A DNA stretch of 42,863 bases. Origin: a virus. The notes beneath the pieces are model-generated. The model was not told where the DNA came from. It saw nothing but the letters and a program-made list of their open reading frames with translations, and did no database searches. The stretch is from UHGV virus genome UHGV-0096616; one strand, 5' to 3'. This document shows positions 8,838 to 17,224 of this stretch, in pieces (position 1 is the stretch's first letter; each line of letters opens with the position of its first letter). A program made the position numbers and the translations under genes.

Positions 8838-8859
8838 CCCGCGGCGCGGGCTTTTTTGT
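8838..8859 (+). terminator. intrinsic terminator (GCCCG-cggcg-CGGGC then TTTTTT)
   Basis: GC hairpin plus T-run immediately after the 8837 stop. Confidence 0.65.
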
Positions 8860-8892
8860 GTCTGCGGATTCCCACCCAGGCGGCGGTGACAT

Positions 8893-8921
8893 TCGTTAAA
8901 AACAAGGCCGCGAAAGCGGCC
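8893..8921 (-). terminator. intrinsic terminator on the - strand (GGCCGC-tttc-GCGGCC then TTGTTTTT)
   Basis: Hairpin plus U-tract downstream of the 8931 stop. Confidence 0.5.
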
Positions 8922-8930
8922 TGTGACATG

Positions 8931-9227
8931 TCACGTTCCTTTTCTGAATGATAGCCGTTCGAAAAATGATGACATTCCACCGCAGACAATAGCAAAGATG
9001 ATCCCACCAAAGAAGAGAAGGCCAGCCTGCCACCACTCCCACCGCCATACATCCACAGCACCAACCATACCAACAATCGCTCCAACAAATGGAATATAGC
9101 TCACGATGAAAGCAATGGGGGCTGCAATTATCCAGTGCAATCCCCACCATGATTCAAGCCCAGCCATAATTGCTGCCAACTGAAAAAGACCAACGACGAT
9201 ATAAACAATGAATCCTATCGCTTGCAT
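8931..9227 (-). CDS. small Trp-rich integral membrane protein (98 aa, ~3 TM helices)
   Basis: AGGTGA RBS; hydrophobic helices; lies between the structural operon and the moron island. Confidence 0.5.
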   Translation of the reverse strand: MQAIGFIVYIVVGLFQLAAIMAGLESWWGLHWIIAAPIAFIVSYIPFVGAIVGMVGAVDVWRWEWWQAGLLFFGGIIFAIVCGGMSSFFERLSFRKGT

Positions 9228-9239
9228 GTAGTCACCTAT

Positions 9240-9413
9240 TTACCCAGTAAAAATCAGAGGCCTCCCCTCAATAAGGCTTGCAACAAGAACTATTCCCTGC
9301 ACAACAAAGATGAACCAGCAAATAGCTTGAGTCTGAGGGTTAAGAAAATATTTGTAGCGGTCAATAAATAACAACCCACCAGAAATTATCACACTCAAAA
9401 TAATTAAAAACAC
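9240..9413 (-). CDS. small membrane protein (about 57 aa, GTG start), not in the ORF track
   Basis: Own translation; AAGGA RBS upstream of GTG; hydrophobic; ends 12 nt before the 9227 start. Confidence 0.3.
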   Translation of the reverse strand: MFLIILSVIISGGLLFIDRYKYFLNPQTQAICWFIFVVQGIVLVASLIEGRPLIFTG

Positions 9414-9422
9414 AACACTTCC

Positions 9423-11897
9423 TTATTGCGGAGTGACATCCTGAGGTCGCCACCAGTATGTCTGATTAAACTCTTTCTTCGAACGTTGCTCCATTTTACG
9501 CAAATAGCCTGGTGAAAAATACTCCTGCATCTGGTTAAAGATCATATGATCGAGAGCCGCCTTTAAGTACCAGAGATTCGCACCTGGCATCAAACCTTTC
9601 CCCAGCTTCACCAGATCACCACCAGTCTGCTCACTCTTCCCTTCCACAGCATTTAACGGTATGCCCTGAGCAATCTTCACTACGTCATCAACCAGACCAG
9701 CTACCGGGCCAAGCATCGACGCCAGCGCGCCGCTTCCGTACCTAGTGTGATCTGACAATAAAAAGTCACCGTAAAGGCCAAGACCACCACCTTTCAGTAG
9801 AGCACCAAGCCAAAATTTAGCAGCATCTTCTCCTGTCATCTCGCGAGGATTACGACCAGACGCAAGGTCGTTAAGTTGCTGCGACAAAGCGCCAAGAATG
9901 GTCGTACTGGCAATAAACGTCGCAATATATGCCGCACGCCCACCAGCAGACGGCATACCCATAGCGCGTGACCAGTGACGCATAACCACCGAGATAGGGA
10001 ACGATTTAAACAGGAAAACACTTCTCGTTAATTCACCTTTCCATGTTCCACGCTGAATACCAGAACCGGTTATCAGTTGCTCACGTGCTCCCGGTGTAAT
10101 AACAGCCATATCAACTTCTTCAGTTACGGCACCGAGCAGTTTACGCATTGCCTCAAATTTCACGCGTTCAGGCTCACCAAGATGTTTAACTGCTGAATCA
10201 GGGATACGCATAATGCTTTCCGGTGTCAGCATCGTATTATTACCGTTCCCCCAGTCCTCCTGTTGCGCCAGCTTCCATACGCTCCAGTCTGTGTCAGTAA
10301 TCCCTTTACTTTTCAGGATACGAAAATCAGAGTCATCGAGGCTACGAAGGTCTGGTGTCCGTGACACTACTTCTCCCAGGCTTCCCATCATGGTTACGCC
10401 ATAGGCGCGCTTGTGCGCATCTGACCATGCTGTAAGCCCACTGGCACGCATTACCGCCGTTGCCGCCCAACGAGACACAGACGGCCCCATATTATCCATC
10501 GCCCAGCGGTTAACGCTGCCAAGTAGAGATTCCATCGCCAGGCCAGCGCGGCGCGCCCGCGCAAGCTCAGTACGGTTCGTTGGGTCCATAGCTTCAAGCT
10601 GGTTGCGAAATAACTGGTTCATTGGAAGGTTGGTAACCTTCGCAGACAGATACATGGTTCCAAGATCAGAGAACGATGACAGCAACGCGGATCCGAGTCT
10701 GCTGGCAACCAGCCAGTTGCGGATATTGTCAGACCATCGCGCGATGTGCGGATTCGCTACAGGCTGTGTTTTTCCGGAAATAAAGTTGTACAAGTTCTCT
10801 GTTTTGTTCGCCAGACGCTCGACGCTACCGGTTTTACTCGGGTTAGCTGTTGCCGTTTCTGCCTTAACCTGATCAAGAAGGGAGCGGAAAACATGTTCGG
10901 GGTTTGGACCATATGTTTCCACCAGAGCAATATCTTTACTGATACCTTCCAGGTGACCGACCATGATTTCCCATAGAGAGCGATCACCATAAAGTTGTTG
11001 ATATTGGAGATAGGAATCTGCATCTTTGAAATGTATCTGTCGTGATGCATTACCACGGTTAGCACGTGCGCCGGAAATTCGCATTCCGGTATCAGTAAGC
11101 TTATTCAGCCCACCAGTAGCGATCGTGTTATAAGCCTCTCCAAGAAATTCAGACAACTCGGCATCGTTCATCAGTTGTCCATCGGCTCGGGTATAATATT
11201 TGCGATCCAGCTTACCTATAACATCGCTAACCCACTTATCCTTTGATACCGCCCCAACCTTTTCCATAGAATGATGTTGAGGGATCCCCCAGTTTTCGAG
11301 ATAGCCAATGTCACCACCAGCATCATTAAACCGGCGGCGCAGTAGCTCTGTCACTTCTCTCCACGCCTTAGCACCTTTTCTTGCTTTAGCATTGCCAGTA
11401 TTTTGCCCTCGCATTTCATATACCAGATCACGCACGCCCGCTTCATCTTCAAACAGGCCAAAAAAGCGAGGATCAACTGCTTCAAATGCCTCCTGCAATT
11501 GACTCAATGCATAATCACGGGTGGCTTTTGTTCTGGATTCAACAGAGAGGAAATTAGATTTACCGTCTGCATTAAAAGCTATAGTACGGTTAAGAGCGCC
11601 AAGTTTCCCATCAGCCCCTTGATAGCTATTGATAAATTTATCCAATCTCTGACGCGCGGCTATAGTGAGAGCCACACGACGTTTCTTTAATGCCGCTTCT
11701 CGCTGTAATTCTTCAGATGCCAATTGTGCTGCTCGATATAGCCGCTCTGATTCGGAAAGTTGTCGCCACGACATCGGGTCATCACGAGCAATGGAGCGCA
11801 TATTTCGATAAATGCGGTCTTCAATGTTCTGTATTTCTCGCGCCGTTAACGTGCGCTGCGCCGCCTGCTGGACCGCTTGTATACATTCCTGTCTCAT
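9423..11897 (-). CDS. internal virion / ejection (core) protein, 824 aa
   Basis: Large ORF at the end of the structural operon in the position of podovirus internal core proteins; no catalytic motif recognised. Confidence 0.55.
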   Translation of the reverse strand: MRQECIQAVQQAAQRTLTAREIQNIEDRIYRNMRSIARDDPMSWRQLSESERLYRAAQLASEELQREAALKKRRVALTIAARQRLDKFINSYQGADGKLGALNRTIAFNADGKSNFLSVESRTKATRDYALSQLQEAFEAVDPRFFGLFEDEAGVRDLVYEMRGQNTGNAKARKGAKAWREVTELLRRRFNDAGGDIGYLENWGIPQHHSMEKVGAVSKDKWVSDVIGKLDRKYYTRADGQLMNDAELSEFLGEAYNTIATGGLNKLTDTGMRISGARANRGNASRQIHFKDADSYLQYQQLYGDRSLWEIMVGHLEGISKDIALVETYGPNPEHVFRSLLDQVKAETATANPSKTGSVERLANKTENLYNFISGKTQPVANPHIARWSDNIRNWLVASRLGSALLSSFSDLGTMYLSAKVTNLPMNQLFRNQLEAMDPTNRTELARARRAGLAMESLLGSVNRWAMDNMGPSVSRWAATAVMRASGLTAWSDAHKRAYGVTMMGSLGEVVSRTPDLRSLDDSDFRILKSKGITDTDWSVWKLAQQEDWGNGNNTMLTPESIMRIPDSAVKHLGEPERVKFEAMRKLLGAVTEEVDMAVITPGAREQLITGSGIQRGTWKGELTRSVFLFKSFPISVVMRHWSRAMGMPSAGGRAAYIATFIASTTILGALSQQLNDLASGRNPREMTGEDAAKFWLGALLKGGGLGLYGDFLLSDHTRYGSGALASMLGPVAGLVDDVVKIAQGIPLNAVEGKSEQTGGDLVKLGKGLMPGANLWYLKAALDHMIFNQMQEYFSPGYLRKMEQRSKKEFNQTYWWRPQDVTPQ

Positions 11898-11902
11898 TTA
11901 AT

Positions 11903-13705
11903 TTAACCTCTCAAGAAACACGCCACAGCAACATCAAACAGGCTGGAATCCTGTATTGCCTGCTCACTTTCCCTGTTCGCTTCATCCAGTACTTCACGCG
12001 CACTGCGCGATTGTGGATTACCATCATCATCCAGCACGGTGATTATCATGTCCGGAGATTCAAGCAGCGAGTCTTCAGCTATACGCAGATCAATATCTCC
12101 TGCCGGATCTGCCATCATTTTTTGTTCTGTCTGTTGCAATATCTTACCGGGCTCAAAAGGAGCTACTTCGTCTGGCGTCCTGACCTCTGCTGTTTTATAG
12201 AATGAAACAGCCTGAGCATTAAGTTCACTTTCTGCCTGCTGTCGCCGTGCCAGTTCTGCTCGAGCTTCAAAAAACTGACCTCCAGGCTCGTGCGGCGCCA
12301 ACGCGTTACGGGAAAATTCCAGGCGTTCTTGTGCCTGCCGGATTCGTTGGTCAATATCGCGAAGTCTGACCTGTTTATCTGATCGAGCACGAGACAAAGA
12401 TTTACCGCTACCGGTTGGCTCTTCTGCAAGAATTTGTGCGCGCTGTTCAGTGAGATTTTCAATAATTCGTTGGCTATTAGCGATTTCAGACTGGTAAACC
12501 TGTCTATCGCCACGCGGCAAAAGCTGCGCGGCCTGTTCTTCAAGCAACCGATTTTCTATAGCGCGCGCCGTTACTCCATCATCTACAGATGACAGAGCCT
12601 CATTAACTGCCTGAGACAGCAGACTCTTGCGCCCAGGAATTTCACTGAAAGATGCAGACTCAACAATGCTGGCAACGTCTACAGGTCTCCCCTGGCTAAC
12701 ATCAGACATAGCTTTTCGCAGAGCCTGAATGTGAGAATTGCGCGAAAGCACGTTGATCGGCACGCCGGGCGCAATATCAATTTCAGCATGATGAGCGGCA
12801 TTCGCCGCCAGTGCAGCATCAACATCAACTGGTGAAAAATTTGGTGCGCTTGTAGACTCGCCGCGAGAGTTAATAAATCTGCCGACTCCACCAAAAGCCA
12901 CCCCAAGAACAGCATCAATAGCAATTGCCTGTCGATCCAACACATCATACTGGTTAGCCATTTCGCTATAGCCACCATCACGAAGCGTTTTTGCAGTAAG
13001 CCCGCGCTGTGCCATACCGAACGCAATATTTGTACCTGCGGCATAGGCAATATCTGGCGTTGCACGTACTGCTGTTGCCGCGGCGCGTCGCACTGAACTT
13101 TCACCCGTCCGCGCAAGCTGAGCCGCCACACCTTCCGCTAGCGCACCACCAGCACGTAACCCGAGACTCATAGGGATCAGTGTTCCGGCACCAGCAGTAA
13201 TACCCTGCACTAATCCCGCTTCCTGCGCCGTCCTGAAATCAACCCCCTGCGCTGTCAGTCGTTCAAACTCAGAAAAACCCTGTAGCGAAGTTACCGCCGC
13301 AGCACCTCCGACCGGACCACCGAGCGTTGTACCGACAACAGCCTGCCCGCCCATATCGAACAACCCATAAAGAACCTGCCCTGCGGTTCCGGTTGTCGCG
13401 GCATCAGGCGTCAGCCGCTTAACCTGCTGCTCTGCTAGTTTTCTCTGCTCGGCAATGTATGAAACTGAAGTGTCATTGAGCGAGGTGTTTTCGTTAACAA
13501 ACTGGGCAATCGGGGATACGATTTTATCCATCCCTGCCCATAGCAACTGATCTGGCTTTGCCACCAGCCCGGAGTACAAACCAGACAATGCCGCCCCTAC
13601 AGCATTGTCGAAAAAACCAACATCGCTGTTAAAGCCAGCTGGATTTGATGCTGCTTCGTCAAGCTGCTGATTCTGGTTTACTGGATTAAGGCCAAAGTAA
13701 CTCAT
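11903..13705 (-). CDS. internal virion / ejection protein, 600 aa (Ala/Gly-rich)
   Basis: Position in structural operon; ATGA overlap with the upstream gene. Confidence 0.5.
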   Translation of the reverse strand: MSYFGLNPVNQNQQLDEAASNPAGFNSDVGFFDNAVGAALSGLYSGLVAKPDQLLWAGMDKIVSPIAQFVNENTSLNDTSVSYIAEQRKLAEQQVKRLTPDAATTGTAGQVLYGLFDMGGQAVVGTTLGGPVGGAAAVTSLQGFSEFERLTAQGVDFRTAQEAGLVQGITAGAGTLIPMSLGLRAGGALAEGVAAQLARTGESSVRRAAATAVRATPDIAYAAGTNIAFGMAQRGLTAKTLRDGGYSEMANQYDVLDRQAIAIDAVLGVAFGGVGRFINSRGESTSAPNFSPVDVDAALAANAAHHAEIDIAPGVPINVLSRNSHIQALRKAMSDVSQGRPVDVASIVESASFSEIPGRKSLLSQAVNEALSSVDDGVTARAIENRLLEEQAAQLLPRGDRQVYQSEIANSQRIIENLTEQRAQILAEEPTGSGKSLSRARSDKQVRLRDIDQRIRQAQERLEFSRNALAPHEPGGQFFEARAELARRQQAESELNAQAVSFYKTAEVRTPDEVAPFEPGKILQQTEQKMMADPAGDIDLRIAEDSLLESPDMIITVLDDDGNPQSRSAREVLDEANRESEQAIQDSSLFDVAVACFLRG

Positions 13706-16215
13706 TGCGGAATATCTCCGGAGAATCTCTGACGCTTCTGTGTCAGATCAAGAACAACAGGAGAACCATCATCCTTCAGCAGATATCCAGTCCCAAGTTT
13801 TACCAGGTACTGACTATCGCCGTAACTTTGCAAACCATACTGACCAGGCGGTGTTTTTATCCCTGTGCCAACAACTTGTTCATTCCAAGCCTGATTAACC
13901 TGCTTATCGAATTGCTCTGCAGACATTCCCCACGGCAAAAGAACATTCCCCATTCCGTTATAGTCATGCACGCCACCTGTAGCTACGTTAACAGCCTGTT
14001 TCCAGATATCATTGTCAATTTCGCCTGATACCACGCCTTTTTTCGCCATCACACCAGCGTAATAGTCCTTTGCGATCTCGTATGCCATTGATGCCCCCTG
14101 AGCATCACCAGCAAATGCATCCTTCACCATGTCAGAAAACTCAAGGCGAAGATCAGCATCTTTAGGCATCGGAATACCTTTCGCGTCATCAGTACCTTTA
14201 CGAGCCGCCGCGCCAGCAAGAATTGTCTGCGCAGCGGTTTCTGGAGACACGGAAACATCCGGATTAAACCAGTTTTTTTCTGCCAAAATACCACCTGGCT
14301 TATCCATCAGTATCCCGGCAACGGCAGCAGATGGAGCGTTGGCACTGATCTGCTGTAGTGCTGACATATACACCTGCCCACCACCAGTGCTCTGCCTGAT
14401 GGTATCGAGATATGCTGCCTGTTGGGAAACGGGCGCATCACGAAAGAAAACACCGATCTGATTGGCCTCGTCTTTGGAAAAGAACGTCAGTGGAGTGCCA
14501 TATGACTTAGCAAGGTCACTGACCTGAGCAGCACGCAAGGCAACGCTCTGTCCAAAGTTATCCTTATTGCTCATGTCGATAGGCTTTGCCTGTCCGGCGG
14601 CAAGAGAGAACTGCACAGGATCCGATTGCCGCTGCTTTATCACCTGATTTGCAGCCGAAACAACGTTGTCATAAAGAGCTGCGCGTGCCGCATACCCCTC
14701 CCCTGTCTCACCAGTATCCGGGCGTAATTGCTCAACATATGCTGTAATGCTGCTTGTCGGCATATTGCGGAAAGAGCCTATATACTGTCCGGCGATCTGC
14801 GTATTTCTGAACTCGGTATATCGCAGGTTTCCTTCTCTGACGCCATAAGCTGCAATAAAATCAGCCTCACCAGGTGGGTTAGGAAATTCAACGCCACGCA
14901 TATACGCAGCCGTCGCATCGCGAACCTGGCTGTCAATCATCGTTTTATATTCAGCCTGCTGCTGCCGACGAAGTTGATCCGCCTGTCGCATAAAACTTGC
15001 CTGCGCCTCAGGAGATGCCGCATCGAATGCTGCATTACCGGTATAGCGTTTAGTGTTGGTTGGAATTGTTAATAAACCAAGTGCTGCACTGACACCAGCA
15101 GTTAACTGCTGATCACTGTATGGCTGGCTACCGTTCTCATGATGGATAATGGCTGCACAAAGCGCCTTCAGGGTATCAGGATTAGATGCATCGAGAGGCT
15201 CATCAGCAGAAACGCCAAGTTGTTCGCACACTGCTTTGATATACGACATAGTGTCATTTTTATCAGTAGGCGGTGCCCAGCGATTAATTATCTCGCTGAC
15301 GGTATCAATACCCTGCCTCTGATACGACATCAGGTTCCGCCCTAATGCACGAATCCCGTGTTCAGGTGTTTCGAATTTAGCAAATCGACCATCATCACCG
15401 GTCTGGCCTACCCACGGATTAGTTTTGCTGTATTCGAGATTTCCTGGGTTATTGTTGCGTATGCCACGGGCACGCTCGGAAGAGTCACTATCTGCTACAG
15501 CACGGCGAGCTCCAGCAGCAGTATCACTTAACTCGCCATTACTTTGGATGAATGCGGTCGCATTGTTTGCCGACCACTGGGACAATGCAGCATCAGCAAC
15601 CTTCTCTTTAAACTCGATTTTCTTGGCCTGGATTTGCTCGTCACTCCAGCCATGTGCAATGCCGTAATCCTCAATTTGCTGGAAAGTTTGCTTATTAGCC
15701 AATACGTATGCGGCGTTGTCGCCATACAATGCTGCGGCATTTTTACCATTGTTCAGCAGCGTAGCCTGAAACTGGCCTTCTTCGTAGGCATTTATTTGCC
15801 CTATCTCGTGCCGCCCTGCCTGCGTAGTGAACTGAATGCGCTGCTGCTGCGCCTGCTGCATGAAAGCATTACGAGCCTGTTCATCCGGCAGCGACATAGC
15901 CAGTTGTTCGACCTGAGCATCAAACTGCTGCGTATACTCATGGCCTTTTCCAATAGCATTTTTCCCTTTCAGGTTAAGCAATCCTGTTTCAGGATTATTC
16001 AGCAGATCACTGCTTATCTGACTGAGGTTAAGAGATGCCTCCTGAGCCAGAGCGATATTGGCACGCTGTTTTGCCTGACCAAAAACATCAATTGCCTCTG
16101 TCCCTGCCCGAACAAAAGCATCACCAATACCTGGCTGAGAAAACGTCTGCAAGCCTGCTGACTGAACTCCACGGCTCTGAACCTGACGGCCGGATACTGT
16201 TGGTACGACTGGCAT
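13702..16215 (-). CDS. internal virion protein, ~837 aa; contains an RNNNPGNL segment that may mark an enzymatic domain
   Basis: Start placed at ATG 16215 overlapping the upstream stop (TAATG); composition and position. Confidence 0.5.
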   Translation of the reverse strand: MPVVPTVSGRQVQSRGVQSAGLQTFSQPGIGDAFVRAGTEAIDVFGQAKQRANIALAQEASLNLSQISSDLLNNPETGLLNLKGKNAIGKGHEYTQQFDAQVEQLAMSLPDEQARNAFMQQAQQQRIQFTTQAGRHEIGQINAYEEGQFQATLLNNGKNAAALYGDNAAYVLANKQTFQQIEDYGIAHGWSDEQIQAKKIEFKEKVADAALSQWSANNATAFIQSNGELSDTAAGARRAVADSDSSERARGIRNNNPGNLEYSKTNPWVGQTGDDGRFAKFETPEHGIRALGRNLMSYQRQGIDTVSEIINRWAPPTDKNDTMSYIKAVCEQLGVSADEPLDASNPDTLKALCAAIIHHENGSQPYSDQQLTAGVSAALGLLTIPTNTKRYTGNAAFDAASPEAQASFMRQADQLRRQQQAEYKTMIDSQVRDATAAYMRGVEFPNPPGEADFIAAYGVREGNLRYTEFRNTQIAGQYIGSFRNMPTSSITAYVEQLRPDTGETGEGYAARAALYDNVVSAANQVIKQRQSDPVQFSLAAGQAKPIDMSNKDNFGQSVALRAAQVSDLAKSYGTPLTFFSKDEANQIGVFFRDAPVSQQAAYLDTIRQSTGGGQVYMSALQQISANAPSAAVAGILMDKPGGILAEKNWFNPDVSVSPETAAQTILAGAAARKGTDDAKGIPMPKDADLRLEFSDMVKDAFAGDAQGASMAYEIAKDYYAGVMAKKGVVSGEIDNDIWKQAVNVATGGVHDYNGMGNVLLPWGMSAEQFDKQVNQAWNEQVVGTGIKTPPGQYGLQSYGDSQYLVKLGTGYLLKDDGSPVVLDLTQKRQRFSGDIPQ

Positions 16216-16760
16216 TATAATCCTCCGGGTAATCTGGTTCCTGCTGCTGCCCCGATTGGCGCAGGAGTGCTTTGAGTAAACGGACTCCACGTCCCACCAA
16301 ACATCTGGTACGCACCGTATGCCTTCAGAGGCGCAGTGAGCAATGTTGTTGCTGCTCCCACATTCCCCTGTTTACGGGCTGAACTGGCTTCTGCTTTATA
16401 GTTGGCAGCCTGAACCTGATAACCGTAAGCCTCGCGTTGCGCGTTATTCACCGTCGTCAGCGAATCAAGAGCGCCAAACTGGGCAGTGTCGCCAAATATA
16501 TCCAGCGCGTTACCTGTAGATAAATCAGCGCCGGTAGCCCCCATTGTCGCCGCCTGTGTACCAAGCCGCTGTCGGGTCTCTCTGCGTCGTTGCTCAGCTT
16601 CAGCGTTACCTCTGTTTATTGCATCATTTGCCTGAGCTGTGGCTATATCTGCGTTCGCTTCCGCAACCTTCGAGGCATACTTTCCCTGTTGGTACTGGGT
16701 GTATGCCTGAATGCCACTCATGGCGAGCATTGCGCCACCAGCAATAACCGGATCGCACAT
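16215..16760 (-). CDS. internal virion protein (181 aa, Ala/Gln-rich)
   Basis: Position between gp13-like and large core proteins; overlapping start/stop. Confidence 0.45.
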   Translation of the reverse strand: MCDPVIAGGAMLAMSGIQAYTQYQQGKYASKVAEANADIATAQANDAINRGNAEAEQRRRETRQRLGTQAATMGATGADLSTGNALDIFGDTAQFGALDSLTTVNNAQREAYGYQVQAANYKAEASSARKQGNVGAATTLLTAPLKAYGAYQMFGGTWSPFTQSTPAPIGAAAGTRLPGGL

Positions 16761-17224
16761 TATTTTCTCTCCATGTGAAATCTGTGGAAATTAAGACCAA
16801 GAGCACCATAAGGCGCGGCTTCTTCAAGCCTGAATCCAAGCCAGTGCAGCCATGCTTTGGCAACATGGTTTCGCTCGTCGACGTAGTTTTCCAGGCGCGG
16901 ATAAACTGCCAGCATCTGCTGCAATACAGGTCGGCAGTGGCGAAGAAATGTCTTCTGATATTTTTCAATACGGCTGGTTCCGACCAGCCAGGGCGTACCA
17001 TTGCCACCGATCATTGACGCCGGAGATACACCAAACATGGTTACCAGTTCTCCGTTCGCGAACCCTGACCAGGCCATAGTCGCAGTGCGCAGACCAACAC
17101 GCAGCGCATCTTCGGTAGTCATCAGCGATACCGCATACAGTTCGTCAATATCAGCCTGACGAACATCCGGCAAAATCATCTGAAGATGCTCTTCGGTTGC
17201 GGGAATAATTTGAACATCGATCAT
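16760..17224 (-). CDS. structural/internal virion protein (154 aa)
   Basis: Translationally coupled between nozzle-like and core proteins. Confidence 0.45.
   Translation of the reverse strand: MIDVQIIPATEEHLQMILPDVRQADIDELYAVSLMTTEDALRVGLRTATMAWSGFANGELVTMFGVSPASMIGGNGTPWLVGTSRIEKYQKTFLRHCRPVLQQMLAVYPRLENYVDERNHVAKAWLHWLGFRLEEAAPYGALGLNFHRFHMERK

Noticed and set aside
4070-9420. O-antigen acetyltransferase or Wzy-like polymerase conversion genes near the tail spike
   Set aside because: No large multi-TM ORF exists in the window; only small membrane proteins are present, reported separately as speculative
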